Assembly: GCF_001194135.2 (NCBI RefSeq) | Contig: NC_068997.1 | Coordinates: forward strand, 44,039,037 to 44,078,393 | Length of the DNA: 39,357 nucleotides | Direction: 5' to 3' | Source of the DNA: Octopus bimaculoides | Taxonomy: Eukaryota | Part shown: positions 13,071 through 26,231 of the stretch, one piece after another | Numbering within the stretch: position 1 is the first letter of the stretch | Layout: every line of letters begins with the position of its first letter | The notes under the pieces: generated by a model | Told to the model about the DNA's origin: nothing | What the model saw: the letters and a program-made list of their open reading frames with translations, nothing else | Database searches by the model: none | Translations under genes and position numbers: made by a program

Positions 13071-14979
13071 GTGGGTATACCTTAGCAATAGCATCTGATT
13101 CTTTGTTTACATTTTGGTTTAGATTAAAAAATTTTTTTCTGGTTGAGAGGATACGGCAAAGCATTGATCCAAAGAGTAGGAGCTGAAATTTCGTTGCTGG
13201 ATCAGAATTCAATAATAGTAACAGTCATAAATTAGTTTCATAATGGTTTTAGTGATGGGTATTTTTTATTTTTTTCAGTGTTAGTGCTTATTTGTTTTAA
13301 ATGGGATTCTCCATGATGGCACTCAGACACCTTTCCTGCCCACTAATCCTTAGATATTTTCATCTAGTGGATTATTTATTTAACTTGTTTGAAAGCTGAT
13401 CTACAGAATGAGTTTGTTAACATGTTTTGTTATGGTCAGCCTAAGGATACAGTAAAAGACAGCCCTAGGTTCTATGCAGTGAGAACTTGAAGCCATGTGG
13501 CTATGGTTGTGTGTGTGTGGTAAATATTGTTAATGATTTTTCCTAACTTGTTTCAGTCACTACACTGTGCCCATGCTGTGGTACCGCCTTGAATTTTTTT
13601 TAAAACCCCGTTATTCTATCAGTTTCGTTTGCTGAATTAAGAAGTTACAGGGATATAAACAAACCAACACCACATGTGTGTGTGGTGGTGGGCACACTTT
13701 CAGTTTCCTTCTGTCAAATCCACTCTCAAGGTTTTGGTCAGCCCGAGGCTACAGTAGAAGATACTTGCCTAAAGTGTTACACGGGACTGAACCTGGAGCC
13801 ATATGGTTGGGGAGCAAGCTTCTTACCACACAGCCACTAGTTTTTTTTCTTATTCACTTTCTAAGATGTTATTGAAAGAGATAAAGATTTTAGATAAAGA
13901 TAGCTAAGAAGGACAATTAAGCTATGTAATCTAGTGATTATCTAATCTTCTTGGGGAAGTGGGGGGGGGGGGTTAGTATCACCTATTGTTGATTTCTTGA
14001 TTCAAATAGACTGTCCTCTTGACCCAGTTTGCTACAAGTTTTATTAAATGTAGGTCACTATTGAGTAAATAGCTTTATAAATCTTTAATTTGTGAAGAGC
14101 TTTCTTTGACTCTACTACCAACAGTTGACAGAAGAGCAGCATATTGTGTACCTAATAAGTATTAGTCTTTACTAATTTTATAGCTAAAACTCATTAAAGG
14201 CTGGTATTCATATACAAAGCAATATTTGGCAGGTTGACACTTGCTGGCTCTTGAGTATTGTGTTGAAATTCTATTCCATCAAAGCTGATGCAGCTAGATT
14301 CCCATGAATACTTCAGATATTGTCTCTAGTTCTTGAATATCTTAGCCCACTCTACTGTACACAGATTTTACATCTTAATACAGATAGTCTCTTGTATTTT
14401 TGTGAGCAAGATACTATCCTGTTCGTTCTTCACCTGAAAAGATATCTCATGCAGCTAGGGGGAATTTTTAGTTGTGTGACAAAGTTGGGATTTCAGATTG
14501 TGTGTTCAGTGTTGCCTGAAACAACCCTGAGTCTACAATACAAATTCTTTGTTTTAAAATGATCTGAAAACTTCTTTAAAAAAAAAATTCATTAATTTCT
14601 GAGCACCAGCTTAATGACTAAATTTATTGAATTCATTTTTGAAAATTAATCGAAACAGGCATTGTATTTCTCTTGAAATACAGTAACAAAAGAGTTAATA
14701 TAACAAACATCTCACCCAGTTAGCAATTTGTTGCATAAGTTGATAAAGTAACTTCGATGGATATTCTATCAAAGTAAACCAATCACAATGTATGAAGCAA
14801 AGATCAAATTGTTAAAATATGTGCATGAAATACATTTAAACAGTAAAATTGGGGTTCTCACGTTGAGTAATTTGGCATGTCACGAGTGGGGAGTTAATTA
14901 ATTTTTTTATACTATAGTCAAGGTAGTTTTGAAACTACCAATTTGTAAATATAAAATTTTGTAAATGCAGGTATCTCTC

Positions 14980-15198
14980 TTATTTCAGAAGTGTTGTATT
15001 TCGTTAAAATGTTTTCAGAATATGAAATTCTGTAACATGAAATGTTTTTCTGTGTAATATAGAAGAATTGAAAATATATTTTCAAGAATTATTTCAGAAG
15101 TGTTGCATTTCGTTAAAATGTTTTCAGAATATGAAATTCTGTAACATGAAATGTTTTTCTGTGTAATATAGAAGAATTGAAAATATATTTTCAAGAAT
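14980..15198. repeat. 109-bp tandem duplication (1 mismatch)
   Basis: 14980-15088 vs 15089-15197 differ only at TGTTG(T/C)ATTT. Confidence 0.95.
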
Positions 15199-15462
15199 GC
15201 AATTCTTTGATGTTTGGATGCCTGTATTCTTATAAAAGTAGGATTTGGGGGCAAAATTTCAGGTCTTCTGGTGTACATGGTGTACAAATAGTACATTTTA
15301 AGTACTGAAATTCAGGGTGCAATCTAACGTATCAGTGACAATGCTAAATGAAAAAGAAGAAAAATAGCATTGGTGGCAACCCACACAATAGAAGGAACTC
15401 AAACGAAAAAGTAATTAAAGGTGAACCCCGTCTTTAATTACAGTAAATTATATTGATTAATA

Positions 15463-15684
15463 TATGAGGTGGATGCTGTAAAGTTCTTGGCTTTGGGTAA
15501 AAGAAAATCCAGGAGGATCAGTTAATTATGATTTTAACATATTCTCCTCTTGGATTCACAAATCTATTGCAACAGTCCTTCAGTTTTTCTAAGTTATGTA
15601 AAAGAACTCGGAAAGTTGGGCCTCCAACCAGACCTTTTGTGATACTCTTAAAACCAGGAACTTTTCAGCACCCCACTTCTTGTA
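15463..15684. mobile_element. Mariner-derived MITE
   Basis: TA-flanked imperfect TIRs: TGAGGTGGATGCTGTAAAGTTCTTGG at the left, CCAGGAACTTTTCAGCACCCC at the right. Confidence 0.6.
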
Positions 15685-16421
15685 TATGGTATAACTTATA
15701 TGTAAATGTGATGTATTTAGTATGGTACGAATTTTAATACAGTATTTACCATACTTCTTCATTAATGAAATTCATTATCTAATGTTTGTGTGAATTAGCA
15801 AAAGACAATTAGAAAAATTCATATTGTAGTTTATACAGAGAATAATTCTTCAATCCATGTAAAATTGCAAATCTTTAGCCTCCTCCATCCACCAAAAAAG
15901 AGGGGTTTGTTTTTAATAAGAGGTTGACTTGAGTCATTGTCACTTTTTAATGCTTGCATGAATAGATATAATGACTTATATGAATTATTTTATAAATAAA
16001 TATCTAAGTTGATGTCATACGTTAACTGAATACTTTAAGGCCAGTTTCTTTTCTAACTTGCTGGTATAGTAGCAGCAAGATTGAAAAAAGAAAAAAACTT
16101 ACCTGGCACTAACAAATGATGACTGCACACATTTGTAATGAGAAAAATTTGATTTTTCTCATGGATTATTTACTAGTGGTGGAACATCAATAAAGTCAAG
16201 GCATTATACTTCATAAGTAGGTGGGAAGAATCTACATTCTAGGGTTGAAAGTGAGTTGCAAACTTAGTTGGCTTTTTGGGACTAACCACATACTTGCTGT
16301 GCCAAAACAATTTTTCTTCAATTGGTTTCAGAGAAGTATAGTTAATTGAATTGAGCTTAAAGAAAACTTACTAATAATCCTTTATTTGATAGGACACAAG
16401 GTTAAGTCCTGAATGCTCTTT

Positions 16422-16633
16422 TTAATCTTTTTGATACCAACTTGCCTGAGACTGCCCTGTCCCTGGTTCTATATGAACTTTTTGTTTGAAAGTGATCTAA
16501 AAACCTTCCTACAAAATTTCATTTGTTCCAAGCACCACTGTAATACAGACCAGGTTATTTTACTAAATTCTTATTTTCAAAATTAAAACAAAGGCAATGT
16601 ATTTTAACAGAAATATGGTAATAAAAGGGTTAA
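16422..16633. mobile_element. piggyBac-like MITE (TTAA-bounded)
   Basis: TTAA at both ends and a GGTAATAAAAGGG-TTAA terminus; related copies at about 36220-36449 and a partial one ending at about 14698. Confidence 0.55.
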
Positions 16634-17252
16634 GGCTCATTTGAAATATGCCACAATATGATGTCCCAAGAAGTTAGCCTCCCTCTATGTGTGCTAGAAA
16701 CAGCAGCAAAATCTACCAATTACTTGCTACTAGCTGAAAGACAAAGTACATTTGCATAGTCACAACTGGAATATTGTTGATCAGCACTGGATTGGCGTTA
16801 AACATTGTTTTTGGTATACTGGTCTTATAGGATGCTCTTCAGTTTACATTAACCAGTCTCTGTTGCCGTAGATCTACTCAAAAGACTAACACAATCATCA
16901 TTTACCTGTTATCTCGACACCCTTTCAAAGCCTACACCACAACATAAGGTGATGTTGACATTTCATCAGAAATGCACAAACTTCAATCTATAAACAAACA
17001 AAAATCAAAGCACACTCACTTAGCTTTCTATATTATTTTCTTTCATCTACTAAATTTGCTTGCAAGGCATTGGTCAGCCTAGGGGTACATTAGTTGTTCC
17101 AAAGCAAACAATTAACCACACATCCATGCCAGCATATACACACATGTACACAATAGGTACAGCATGGCCAAATGGTTAAGCAGTTTGTTTTTTAATCATG
17201 AGGTCTTGGGTTCAGTCTCCACTGTATGACAACTTTGGCAAGTCTTCTATAA

Positions 17253-17535
17253 CAGTGGTTCTCAATCAGGGTCAGTATGATCCCTGAGGGTCCATATAAG
17301 ATTTTATTGGGGTTCACACAAGCAAAATAGTAAATTGAAGCTCCACAGTAGTATTCTAGAGGTCCATGAAAAAATATTGCTTTAGATGTATTTACTACAA
17401 GAAACAGCTGGGTTTCTTTCTTAACCCACACAATATGTGAAAAACAAAATAGGAATTTAAAGTACCTACAAAACGAGATTATAACCATCAAATGGTTATG
17501 GAGGTCCATAGATAAGATATGGTTGGGGATTACTG
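17253..17535. mobile_element. hAT (Charlie-like) MITE inserted in a SINE
   Basis: TIRs CAGTGGTTCTCAA / TTGGGGATTACTG; perfect 8-bp TSD TTCTATAA at 17245-17252 and 17536-17543. Confidence 0.85.
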
Positions 17536-17911
17536 TTCTATAACTTCAGATTGAGTGGAAATATGGTAGACTGTTGTTTAACTGTGATTCTAAGGTCCAG
17601 CTTCTGTGACACTGATTCTACTTGTGGATTACGATTACATTTTAGAGCACACGTCCCTGGAATACTCAGTCACTTAATGCTAATTTATTCTTATACATTT
17701 TTCAGTCAGTGGAGTGTGGCCAGGCCAAGGCACTACCCTGAAGGGTTTAGGGTTTATTTGAACTAATCAACCCTAGTAATTATTTTTTTGCAAGTGTGAC
17801 ACTTATCCTATCACTTTCGATAAACAACTTAGTTATGGGAATATAAACAAACCTACACTGGTTAGGTAGTGTGGTGACAAACAAGGACATGCATGTGTAC
17901 AAATTCTCTGT

Positions 17912-18148
17912 GACTGGTTCTCAACTGGGGTCCATATGGCCCTTGGGGAATCCATAAAAGATTTTATTAAAATTTATCTGCATTAAATTTGTTTCTACTC
18001 TGCACAAAATATTTTAGCAATTTTTCAAAATAGAATTCCTTATATTATGAAAATATGGTAATTTTTAAAACCTCAATTGACTAGGAGGGTCTAGTCAAGT
18101 AAAATAGGAAATAAAAGGGTCCATAGATACAAGATGGTTGAGGAATAC
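17912..18148. mobile_element. Second copy of the same hAT MITE family
   Basis: Shares CTGGTTCTCAAC...GGTCCATA at the left end and GGTCCATAGATA...ATGGTTGAG at the right end with 17253-17535. Confidence 0.7.
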
Positions 18149-18189
18149 CTCTATGGGTTTCCATTGATTCCATCTACCAAATTTAAGAT

Positions 18190-19480
18190 ATGTATGTGTG
18201 TGTCTTTGCGTTTGTCCCCAACTACTGCTTGACTATCAATGCTGGTGTGTTTACGTCCCCGTAACTTAGCAAGAGACTGATAGAATAAGTATCAGACTTC
18301 AGAAAAAACTAAGTACTAGAATTGATTTGTTCGACTAATATTCTCTAGGGTGGTGCTCTAGCATGGCCACAGTCTGGCGACTTAAAAAAACGTTTTTGTG
18401 TCTGTTTGTCCCCACCACCACTGCTTCACAACCGATGCTGGTATGTTTACTTCCCCATAAATTAGCAGTTCAGCAAAAGAGAATGATAGAATAAGTACTA
18501 GGTTTACAAAGAGTAAGTCCTGGGATAGATTTGTTCAACTAAAGTCAGTGCTCCAGCATGGCTGCAGTCAAATGACAAACAAGTAAAAGAGAATATTTAT
18601 CTTTTGTCTTATATGTGTTTTAGTCATTAGACTGTGGCCATGCTGGGTCACCACTTTGAAGAATTTTTCGTTGAATGAATCGACTCCAGTACTTATTTTT
18701 TAAAACCTGGTACTTATTCTATCAAAATAGAACCACTAAATTACAGGGACGTAAACAAACTATCACTGGTTGTCAAGCAGTGGTGGGGGATAAACATAAA
18801 CACAAAGACTTACACAAACATGATGGGCTTCTTTCAGTTTCCATCTACCAAATCAACTCACAAGGCTATGGAACTGGTTGGGAAGCAAGCTTCTTACCAC
18901 ATGGCCATGCCTTCACCTATATTTATTTTGCTTCAATCATTGGATTGTGTCCATGCTGGAGCACCAGATCAACCTCAGTACTCATTTTTTTTTTTTAAAT
19001 CTGAGACTTTACTGACCTTTCTTGCTGAATTGCTAAGTTACAAGGATGTAAACAAATGAACGCTGTCAAGTGATGGAGGGACAATATGTACATGTGTGTA
19101 TATTTTCTTTTACTTGTTTCAGTCTTCTGACTGTGGCCATGCTGGAGCACCGCCTTTAGTCAAATAAATCAACTCCAGGACTTATTCTTTGTAAGCCTAG
19201 TACTTATTCTATCGGTCTCTTTTGCTGAACTGCTAAGTTTCGGAGACAGAAACACACCAGCATCAGTTGTCAAGCGATGGTGGTGGGGACAAACAGACAC
19301 AAAAACATATACATACACATATATATATATGTGGGCTTCCACACAGTTTCCATCTATATTCACTCAAAAGGCATTGGTCTGCTTGGAGCTATGGTAGAAG
19401 ATGCCCAATGTGCTGAGCTGTGGGATTGAACTGGAAACCACATAGTTGCAAAGCAAGCTTTTTAACAACACAGCCATACC
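18190..19480. mobile_element. Cluster of family-B SINE copies in both orientations
   Basis: + copies at about 18190-18380 and 18390-18598; - copies at about 18600-18905, 18930-19070 and 19105-19480. Confidence 0.75.
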
Positions 19481-20967
19481 TGTATAACTATATAACTAAA
19501 AGTTTGTTTTTTTTCTCAATTTCATCAGAACAACTTATGATAAAAATCAGAGGCACTCTTTAATAAAGGTAAATACTTATTCCATTGCACTAGAATGATA
19601 AATTAATTGGTCATTTGATATTTAGAAATGGTCATTGACAGGGAACCATTAACTGACTTAGGAACCGAGAGTTGTGATGTTCATGCCTTTTCACAAAGGC
19701 ATAGCAAAGTAGATGAAATAGCCACAACTAGGACAAACAAAAATTGCTGGTTTAGTGAACTCAAACCTTACTTTCTATGCTGCTGTTTCACATTGTGGTT
19801 CTTGTTTATACATAATATATTGATTTTTTTTTTATTATCATTAACAGGTGACAAGTATGCCTGTGCTGAAGATGTTTACTTCCAAACCACCTGGTTTCAA
19901 GTTCATTCCCACAGTGTGGCACTTTGGTCATGTGTTCTACAGTCTTTGGTCAAGCCAAGCTGCCTTGTGAGAGGATTTGGTGGATGCAGGCTCAAAGAAT
20001 CCCATTTTGTCGTGATATCACATGATAGTTGTAAGCAAGTGTCATTGTCATACAAGCGGTGTATTATATTTCCAATCTTTTGTAAGTGTCTGGTCAGGAA
20101 ATATTACCATGCTTGGAAACAGATTTGGGTTGGTGACGGATAGGGCTTCCACCTTTAGAAAAACAGGTTAAAATTCTGTATGACCCATGAGAGTGCAAAA
20201 CGTGGATGTTAAAACTGATAAATTTTGTAGGGAAAGGGCTATAGTTGATTAAATTGATTATAGTTTTGAATTAACCATGCAATATCTCATTACTTTGGGA
20301 TTTCAGTGGTGTGATTGATTATTTTTAGGATGACATTATAGGGTAGGTGTGAGAGGCCAGATCTGGCCAGTTTGAACACAAAATAAAATATTTGGGTTTC
20401 ATATGGTCAGTTTAAAGGGTAAAAGGTTAATGAAAATGAAATAATGTAAGAAAGCATATCATTAAAAAACAAAACAAAACAATATACAAGGCAAGTGAGC
20501 TGGCAGGATTGTTAGCACATTGGATAAAATTATTAGTTCCAGTTGAACAGTGGAGTTGATGTAATTGACTAACGTTCTAAAGTTGCTGGCCTTGTGCCAA
20601 AATTTGATGGAATTACACTTATATTTTTTATGAAATGAATATTAAAAAACAGTTTGGGATTATAGTAGATTATCTGCTTTGTAACACTGCATGTTATAAG
20701 TGGTAACACAAGGTTTTTGGACAACTGAGGTTCAAAAATATTGTTTGTGGTAGCATATAATAATATATGTACTTTTGTAATAGCTATGCATTCTTCTGGT
20801 TTGATCATCTATCTTGATAATTCTCATAGTTTTACTGACTTCATCAGCTGTCCTGCCAAATCTCTCACACATCATGTCTAGACATAAGCTACAGAGTAAG
20901 AAGTCAGTGAGGGAGCTAGTAGACAGTCTCTCACCCTCTAAGAAATATAGCAGCCACATATCCCTGA

Positions 20968-21178
20968 AATCACACTTGACTGGCCTTCGTGCCGGTGGCA
21001 CATAAAACACCCACTACACTCTCGGAGTGGTTGGCGTTAAGAAGGGCATCCAGCTGTAGAAACTCTACCAAATCAGATTGGAGCCTGGTGTCGCCTCCTG
21101 GTCCACCAGTCCTCAGTCAAATCGTCCAACCCATGCTAGCATGGAAGGCGGACGTTAAACGATGATGATGATGATGAT
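20968..21178 (+). mobile_element. Family-A retroposon copy
   Basis: GAAGGGCATCCAGCTGTAGAAAC...GGACGTTAAAC(GAT)n. Confidence 0.8.
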
Positions 21179-21690
21179 TGTTTTAAAAAAAAACAAACAC
21201 ATCAGGAATGTCTGTGATTATAGGTTTGCTTGGTTGGACCTGACCTAGGGCTAAACATCAATAATGGTTTGTACAACAAGTCTAAAATATTTTGTATATT
21301 CTAAGTTAATTGTTCATTTGGAGATGACCTAGGGCTAAACATCAATAACAACCTACACTGCAAGTCTATGGACCGAGATGAGAAACAGGGGAAACCATTC
21401 ATATTTGTAACAGTTCTCATACAAACACCCCATGTCCCATTACTGAGATGCTAGCAATGCAACTAATGAATATAGCCAACGAGTGAGCCTCTCATCAGTT
21501 TTTATGTTCTGAACTAATATTCTGCTTAGGTTGACTTTGCCTTTAATCCTTTTGATAAAGGATTAAATAAGTACCAGTTGAGCATCGGGGTCAATGTAAT
21601 TGGCTTAACTCCTCCCCCAAATTCACTGACCTCGAGCCAAAATTTGAAACCAATATTTAAGAGAAGGCAGTGAGCTGGCAGAATTGTTAA

Positions 21691-21959
21691 CATCATCATC
21701 ATCATCATCATCATCATCGTTTAACGTCCGCTTTCCATGCTGGCATGGGTTGGACGATTTGACTGAGGACTGGTGAAACCGGATGGCAACACCAGGCTCC
21801 AATCTAATTTGGCAGAGTTTCTACAGCTGGATGCCCTTCCTAACGCCAACCACTCAGAGAGTGTAGTGGGTGCTTTTACGTGTCACCCGCACGAAGGCCA
21901 GTCAGGCGGTACTGGCCACGGCCACGCTCGAAATGGTGTCTTTTATGTGCCACCCGCAC
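21691..21959 (-). mobile_element. Family-A retroposon copy interrupting a family-C SINE
   Basis: Reverse complement of the 11455/20968 element; flanked by the family-C head (about 21664-21690) and its continuation (21960 onward). Confidence 0.8.
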
Positions 21960-22905
21960 AGTCAGGCAAAATGCTTAGCGGCATTTACGTTCTGAGTTCA
22001 AATTTCGCCAAGGTTGACATTGCCTTTCATTCTTCCAGGTTCAATAAAATAAGTACCAGTTGGGCACTAGAATTGATGTAACCAATTTTACCTCATCCCC
22101 CGAACTTGCTGGCCTTGTGTCAAAATATGAAACCAAATTTTTAAATAAGAGATGGACATATTGGATAATGCTAATGTAGTGTCTGGATACATCGGAATAA
22201 AAGTTAGGCTAAATACTGTTGGGATGCTGGTAAAGTGGTAAGAAGATAGCATGAGGATGATAGTTATTTGATGAACTATCCACATGATTTTATACATACG
22301 CACATACATTACAAATATATGATATATGTATATTATATATAATAGCGCTCTTGCTGTCTCCTACCCTCTTTCTCTCTCCTTTTCTTGCTCTTCCCTCTGG
22401 TTGGGTAACCAAGTATCTGTTTTACAGCAGCACACCTGTTTCTGTTCTCATTCTTGATCACTCTCTCTCTCTCTTTCTCTGGCTGGGTAACCATGTACCT
22501 CCTCTACAGCAAGATACCTGTTTCTGTCTCTGTCTCTCGTTCACACTCTAACTTTTCATCATCTAACATGAGATCACCTCCTCCAATGCACCCCACCTTC
22601 TCAAAAGATCTCTGTCTTGCCAGTGCTGGTGCCACGTAAAAAGCATCCAGTCCACACTGTAAAGTGGTTGGTGTTTGGAATAGCATCTAGCTTTAAAAGC
22701 CATGCTAAAACTGACCTCACCTGTGCTGGGGTCGTGTAAAAAGCACTCAGTCCACTCTGCTGGGTGGTTAGTGTTAGGAAGGGCATCCAGTTGTAAATTC
22801 CATGCCAAAACAAACATAGAAGTCTGGTGCAGTCTTCTACCTGGTCAGTTCCTGTCAAAATGTCCAACACATGCTAGCATGGATGGCAAACATTAAATGA
22901 TAATG

Positions 22906-22938
<33 letters not shown>

Positions 22939-22941
<3 letters not shown>

Positions 22942-23317
22942 CACTCCGTCGCTTACGACGTTGAGGGTTCCAGTTGATCCGATCAACGGAACAGCCTGCT
23001 CGTGAAATTAACGTGCAAGTGGCTGAGCACTCCACAGACACGTGTACCCTTAACGTAGTTCTCGGGGATATTCAGCGTGACACAGTGTGACAAGGCTGAC
23101 CCTTTGAATTACAGGCACAACAGAAACAGGAAGTAAGAGTGAGAGAAAGTTGTGGTGGAAGAGTACAGCAGGGTTCGCCACTATCCCCTGCCGGAGCCTT
23201 GTGAAGCTTTAGGTGTTTTCCCTCAATAAACACTCACAACGCCCGTTCTGGGAATAGAAACTGCGATCCTATGACCGCGAGTCCGCTGCCCTAACCACTG
23301 GGCCATTGCGCCTCCAC
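22939..23317 (-). mobile_element. Young full-length tRNA-derived SINE inserted in a (TA)n tract
   Basis: The reverse strand starts GTGGAGGCGCAATGGCCCAGTGGTTAGG (A box) with a B-box-like GTTTCTATTCC; CpG-rich and apparently little decayed. Confidence 0.8.
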
Positions 23318-24477
23318 TTATATAATATATATATATATATAAAGGTTTTTTTTTGGTTATTTGTGCATGCGTGTGTTTCTGTGTCTTTCAACATACAGAC
23401 AATACAAACTTTAAAAAAGACTTCACTTGAGAAGACCTGGCAAGTAAAGTGAGATCACAGCCGTAGCCTACACCAGTGTTGCATAACCAGCCCATTTAAA
23501 AAGTACCTTTGAATTGTTGGATGACATGCTATCCTCGAGGAGACCTATTGAGTCAAGTAAATCAAAATCAAAATCAAAATTAAATCAAATCAAATCACAA
23601 TCAAATGGAAATTGTAGCTGTGGCTGATTCCAGTGCTGCCTGACTGGCTCCCGTGCCGGTGGCACACAATAAGCATCATTCATGTGTGGGTCATTGCCAT
23701 TGCCACCTGACTGGCTCCCCATGCCAGTGGAAGCAACATGTTTAGTTGTGGAGAAATGTTACCTGGCTTGGAAACAGGCAAGCGTTAGTGACGAGAAGAG
23801 CATTCAACCATAGGAAATCTTCCTCAATAAACTCTGTCTAACCCATGTAAGCATAGAAAAGTGGTTATAAAAGCTATGATGATGATGATGATAATATTGA
23901 TGAAATTCATATATTAAACAATGCTCTAATTCATTAATTCATAGACTATATACATAGGTATACTCTACAACTGTATTACAGAATACGCTATTGTATTGTA
24001 AGTGTATAGTTCCAAATACTCATATGTATATTCATTTAGTGTCATTGACGATACACACACACATACACACGTGTGTGTGTATGTGGACTGCATGTCTGAA
24101 CTCACTGGATATAACATTAAAATAATAGGATGGTTCTGAACAATGACAATTATATCTGTACAATCTCATCAACACAGTCTCAATGACTTCGCTTTGATGC
24201 TTATGCTGTTAATGTACCATATCACATTGTATTTACAAACGTATTGAATTTCTTTTTTCTTTTTTTTTTTATATCATATCATGCATGAAAACATTTGTGC
24301 TTGAATTGTGTGTGTTTTGTTGTTGACAAGGTTAGTCAGCTAATCTCTAATCTTTGAAGGTCACATGCAACTAATGAAGTGTCTAGTCTTTAGCAAGTTT
24401 GAGGTGGTTCTTTTCTAGAATCCCCTGGAAATATAGGCATGCAAACATTCACGTACACCATACATTATATATATATA

Positions 24478-25224
24478 TCATCATCATCATCATTTAACGT
24501 CCGCTTTCCATGTTAGCATGGGTTGGACGATTTGACTGAGGACTGGTGAAACCGGATGGCTACACCAGGCTCCAATCTGATTTGGCAGAGTTTCTACAGC
24601 TGAATGCCCTTCCTAACGCCAGCCACTCAGAGAGTGTAGTGGGTGCTTTTATGTGCCACCGGCACGAGGGCCAGTCAGGCGGTACTGTCAATGGCCACGC
24701 TCAAAATGATGTATTTTATGTGCCACTCACACAAGAGCCAGTCCAGGGGCACTATATATATATANNNNNNNNNNNNNNNNNNNNNNNNNNNNNNNNNNNN
24801 NNNNNNNNNNNNNNNNNNNNNNNNNNNNNNNNNNNNNNNNNNNNNNNNNNNNNNNNNNNNNNNNNNNNNNNNNNNNNNNNNNNNNNNNNNNNNNNNNNNN
24901 NNNNNNNNNNNNNNNNNNNNNNNNNNNNNNNNNNNNNNNNNNNNNNNNNNNNNNNNNNNNNNNNNNNNNNNNNNNNNNNNNNNNNNNNNNNNNNNNNNNN
25001 NNNNNNNNNNNNNNNNNNNNNNNNNNNNNNNNNNNNNNNNNNNNNNNNNNNNNNNNNNNNNNNNNNNNNNNNNNNNNNNNNNNNNNNNNNNNNNNNNNNN
25101 NNNNNNNNNNNNNNNNNNNNNNNNNNNNNNNNNNNNTCACTGTGTGTTTTGGCAGGGTCTTTATGGCTGGATACCCATCCTAACACGAACCACCTTACAG
25201 AGTGGACCGAGTGCTTTTACATGG

Positions 25225-25266
<42 letters not shown>

Positions 25267-25535
25267 TTGCCAGTGCCGCTGAACTGGCCCCTGTGCAGGC
25301 GGCACGTAAAATACACCATTTTGAGTGTGGCCGTTGCCAGTACCACCTGACTGGCCTTCGTGCTAGTGGCACGTAAAAGTGCCCACAACACTATCGAAGT
25401 GGCTGGCGTTAGGAAGGGGATCCAGCTGTAGAAACTCTGCCAAATCAGATTGGAGCCTGGTGTAGCCATCTGGTTTCACCAGTCCTCAGTCAAATCGTCC
25501 AACCCATGCTAGGACGTTAAACGATGATGATGATA
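24478..25535. mobile_element. Oppositely oriented family-A copies flanking an assembly gap
   Basis: - copy at 24478-24750, - fragment at 25137-25230, + copy at 25262-25535. Confidence 0.75.
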
Positions 25536-25542
25536 TATATAG

Positions 25543-26040
25543 GATATACATGGTATCCTAAAATTAAGGCAGCTGAAGTTTCAGGCTTTAATAACTATTA
25601 ATAAATGTGGTAAAATATGAAGATTGTACAGTGTGTCGTCTTTTTGTTTCGGACTAAATAAATTCAGATTTATAAATTAGATAATGGCTATAGACTGAAA
25701 TACAATCATAAACTCAAAGGAGGCAAAAGTAATACACCCATAGCAAAAAAGCTTAAAATTACCTGAACAACATTCTGGGAAATTGTCAAGAAATATCAAG
25801 AGATTGGTTTCATTGCTGATTTACCTGGATGGGGCTGAAAAAGAAGTGTGTGGACCCCTCAGCTTATCAAAATTACCAGAGAAAAGATACAGCAAAATCC
25901 TTGTTGTTCTGTCTGAAAACTGACTGCCACAACAAAAATAAGTTGAACATTGATGTATGAAGGAAGATCTCAGGACCCACCCATACAAGATGATCTGCTG
26001 TCATGAGCTCACACAAGTTTATAATTAGAATACCAAAAAG
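25543..26040 (+). pseudogene. Decayed Tc1/mariner-superfamily transposase, N-terminal HTH region (maT/Bmmar1-like)
   Basis: Frame reads GKSNTPIAKKLKIT*TTFWEIVKKYQEIGFIADLPGWG*KRSVWTPQLIKITREKIQQNP with several stops, typical of HTH + GRGRKRS + RRNP motifs; TA-CATGGT terminus. Confidence 0.7.
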
Positions 26041-26104
26041 TAGTGAGTTATTACTTTTATCCAGCCCCATTTACAACTATTATGCAATGTCAAGGTAAGG
26101 GGAC

Positions 26105-26153
<49 letters not shown>

Positions 26154-26231
26154 GCACCTTTTTAGTTTCTAACAACCAAGTCCACTCCTAAGACTTTGGC
26201 CAGCCTGGGACTATAGTAAACGACATTTGTA

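Noticed and set aside
14200-14465. - strand frame after TTTTCAG with stops that could be repaired by editing or C>T reversal
   Set aside because: Stop density equals random expectation for AT-rich DNA; no recognisable motif.
16097-16107. ACTTACCTGGC identical to the U1 snRNA 5' end
   Set aside because: The rest of U1 is absent; it is simply the complement of a consensus splice donor.
16838-16901. ATGATGA...CTGA on the - strand as a C/D snoRNA
   Set aside because: The C box is 4 nt from a putative donor, with no terminal stem and no recognisable rRNA antisense element.
21241-21348. Two perfect 24-bp direct repeats 84 bp apart (CRISPR-like look)
   Set aside because: Only two units, eukaryotic context, no cas genes; likely a retroposon tail or local duplication.
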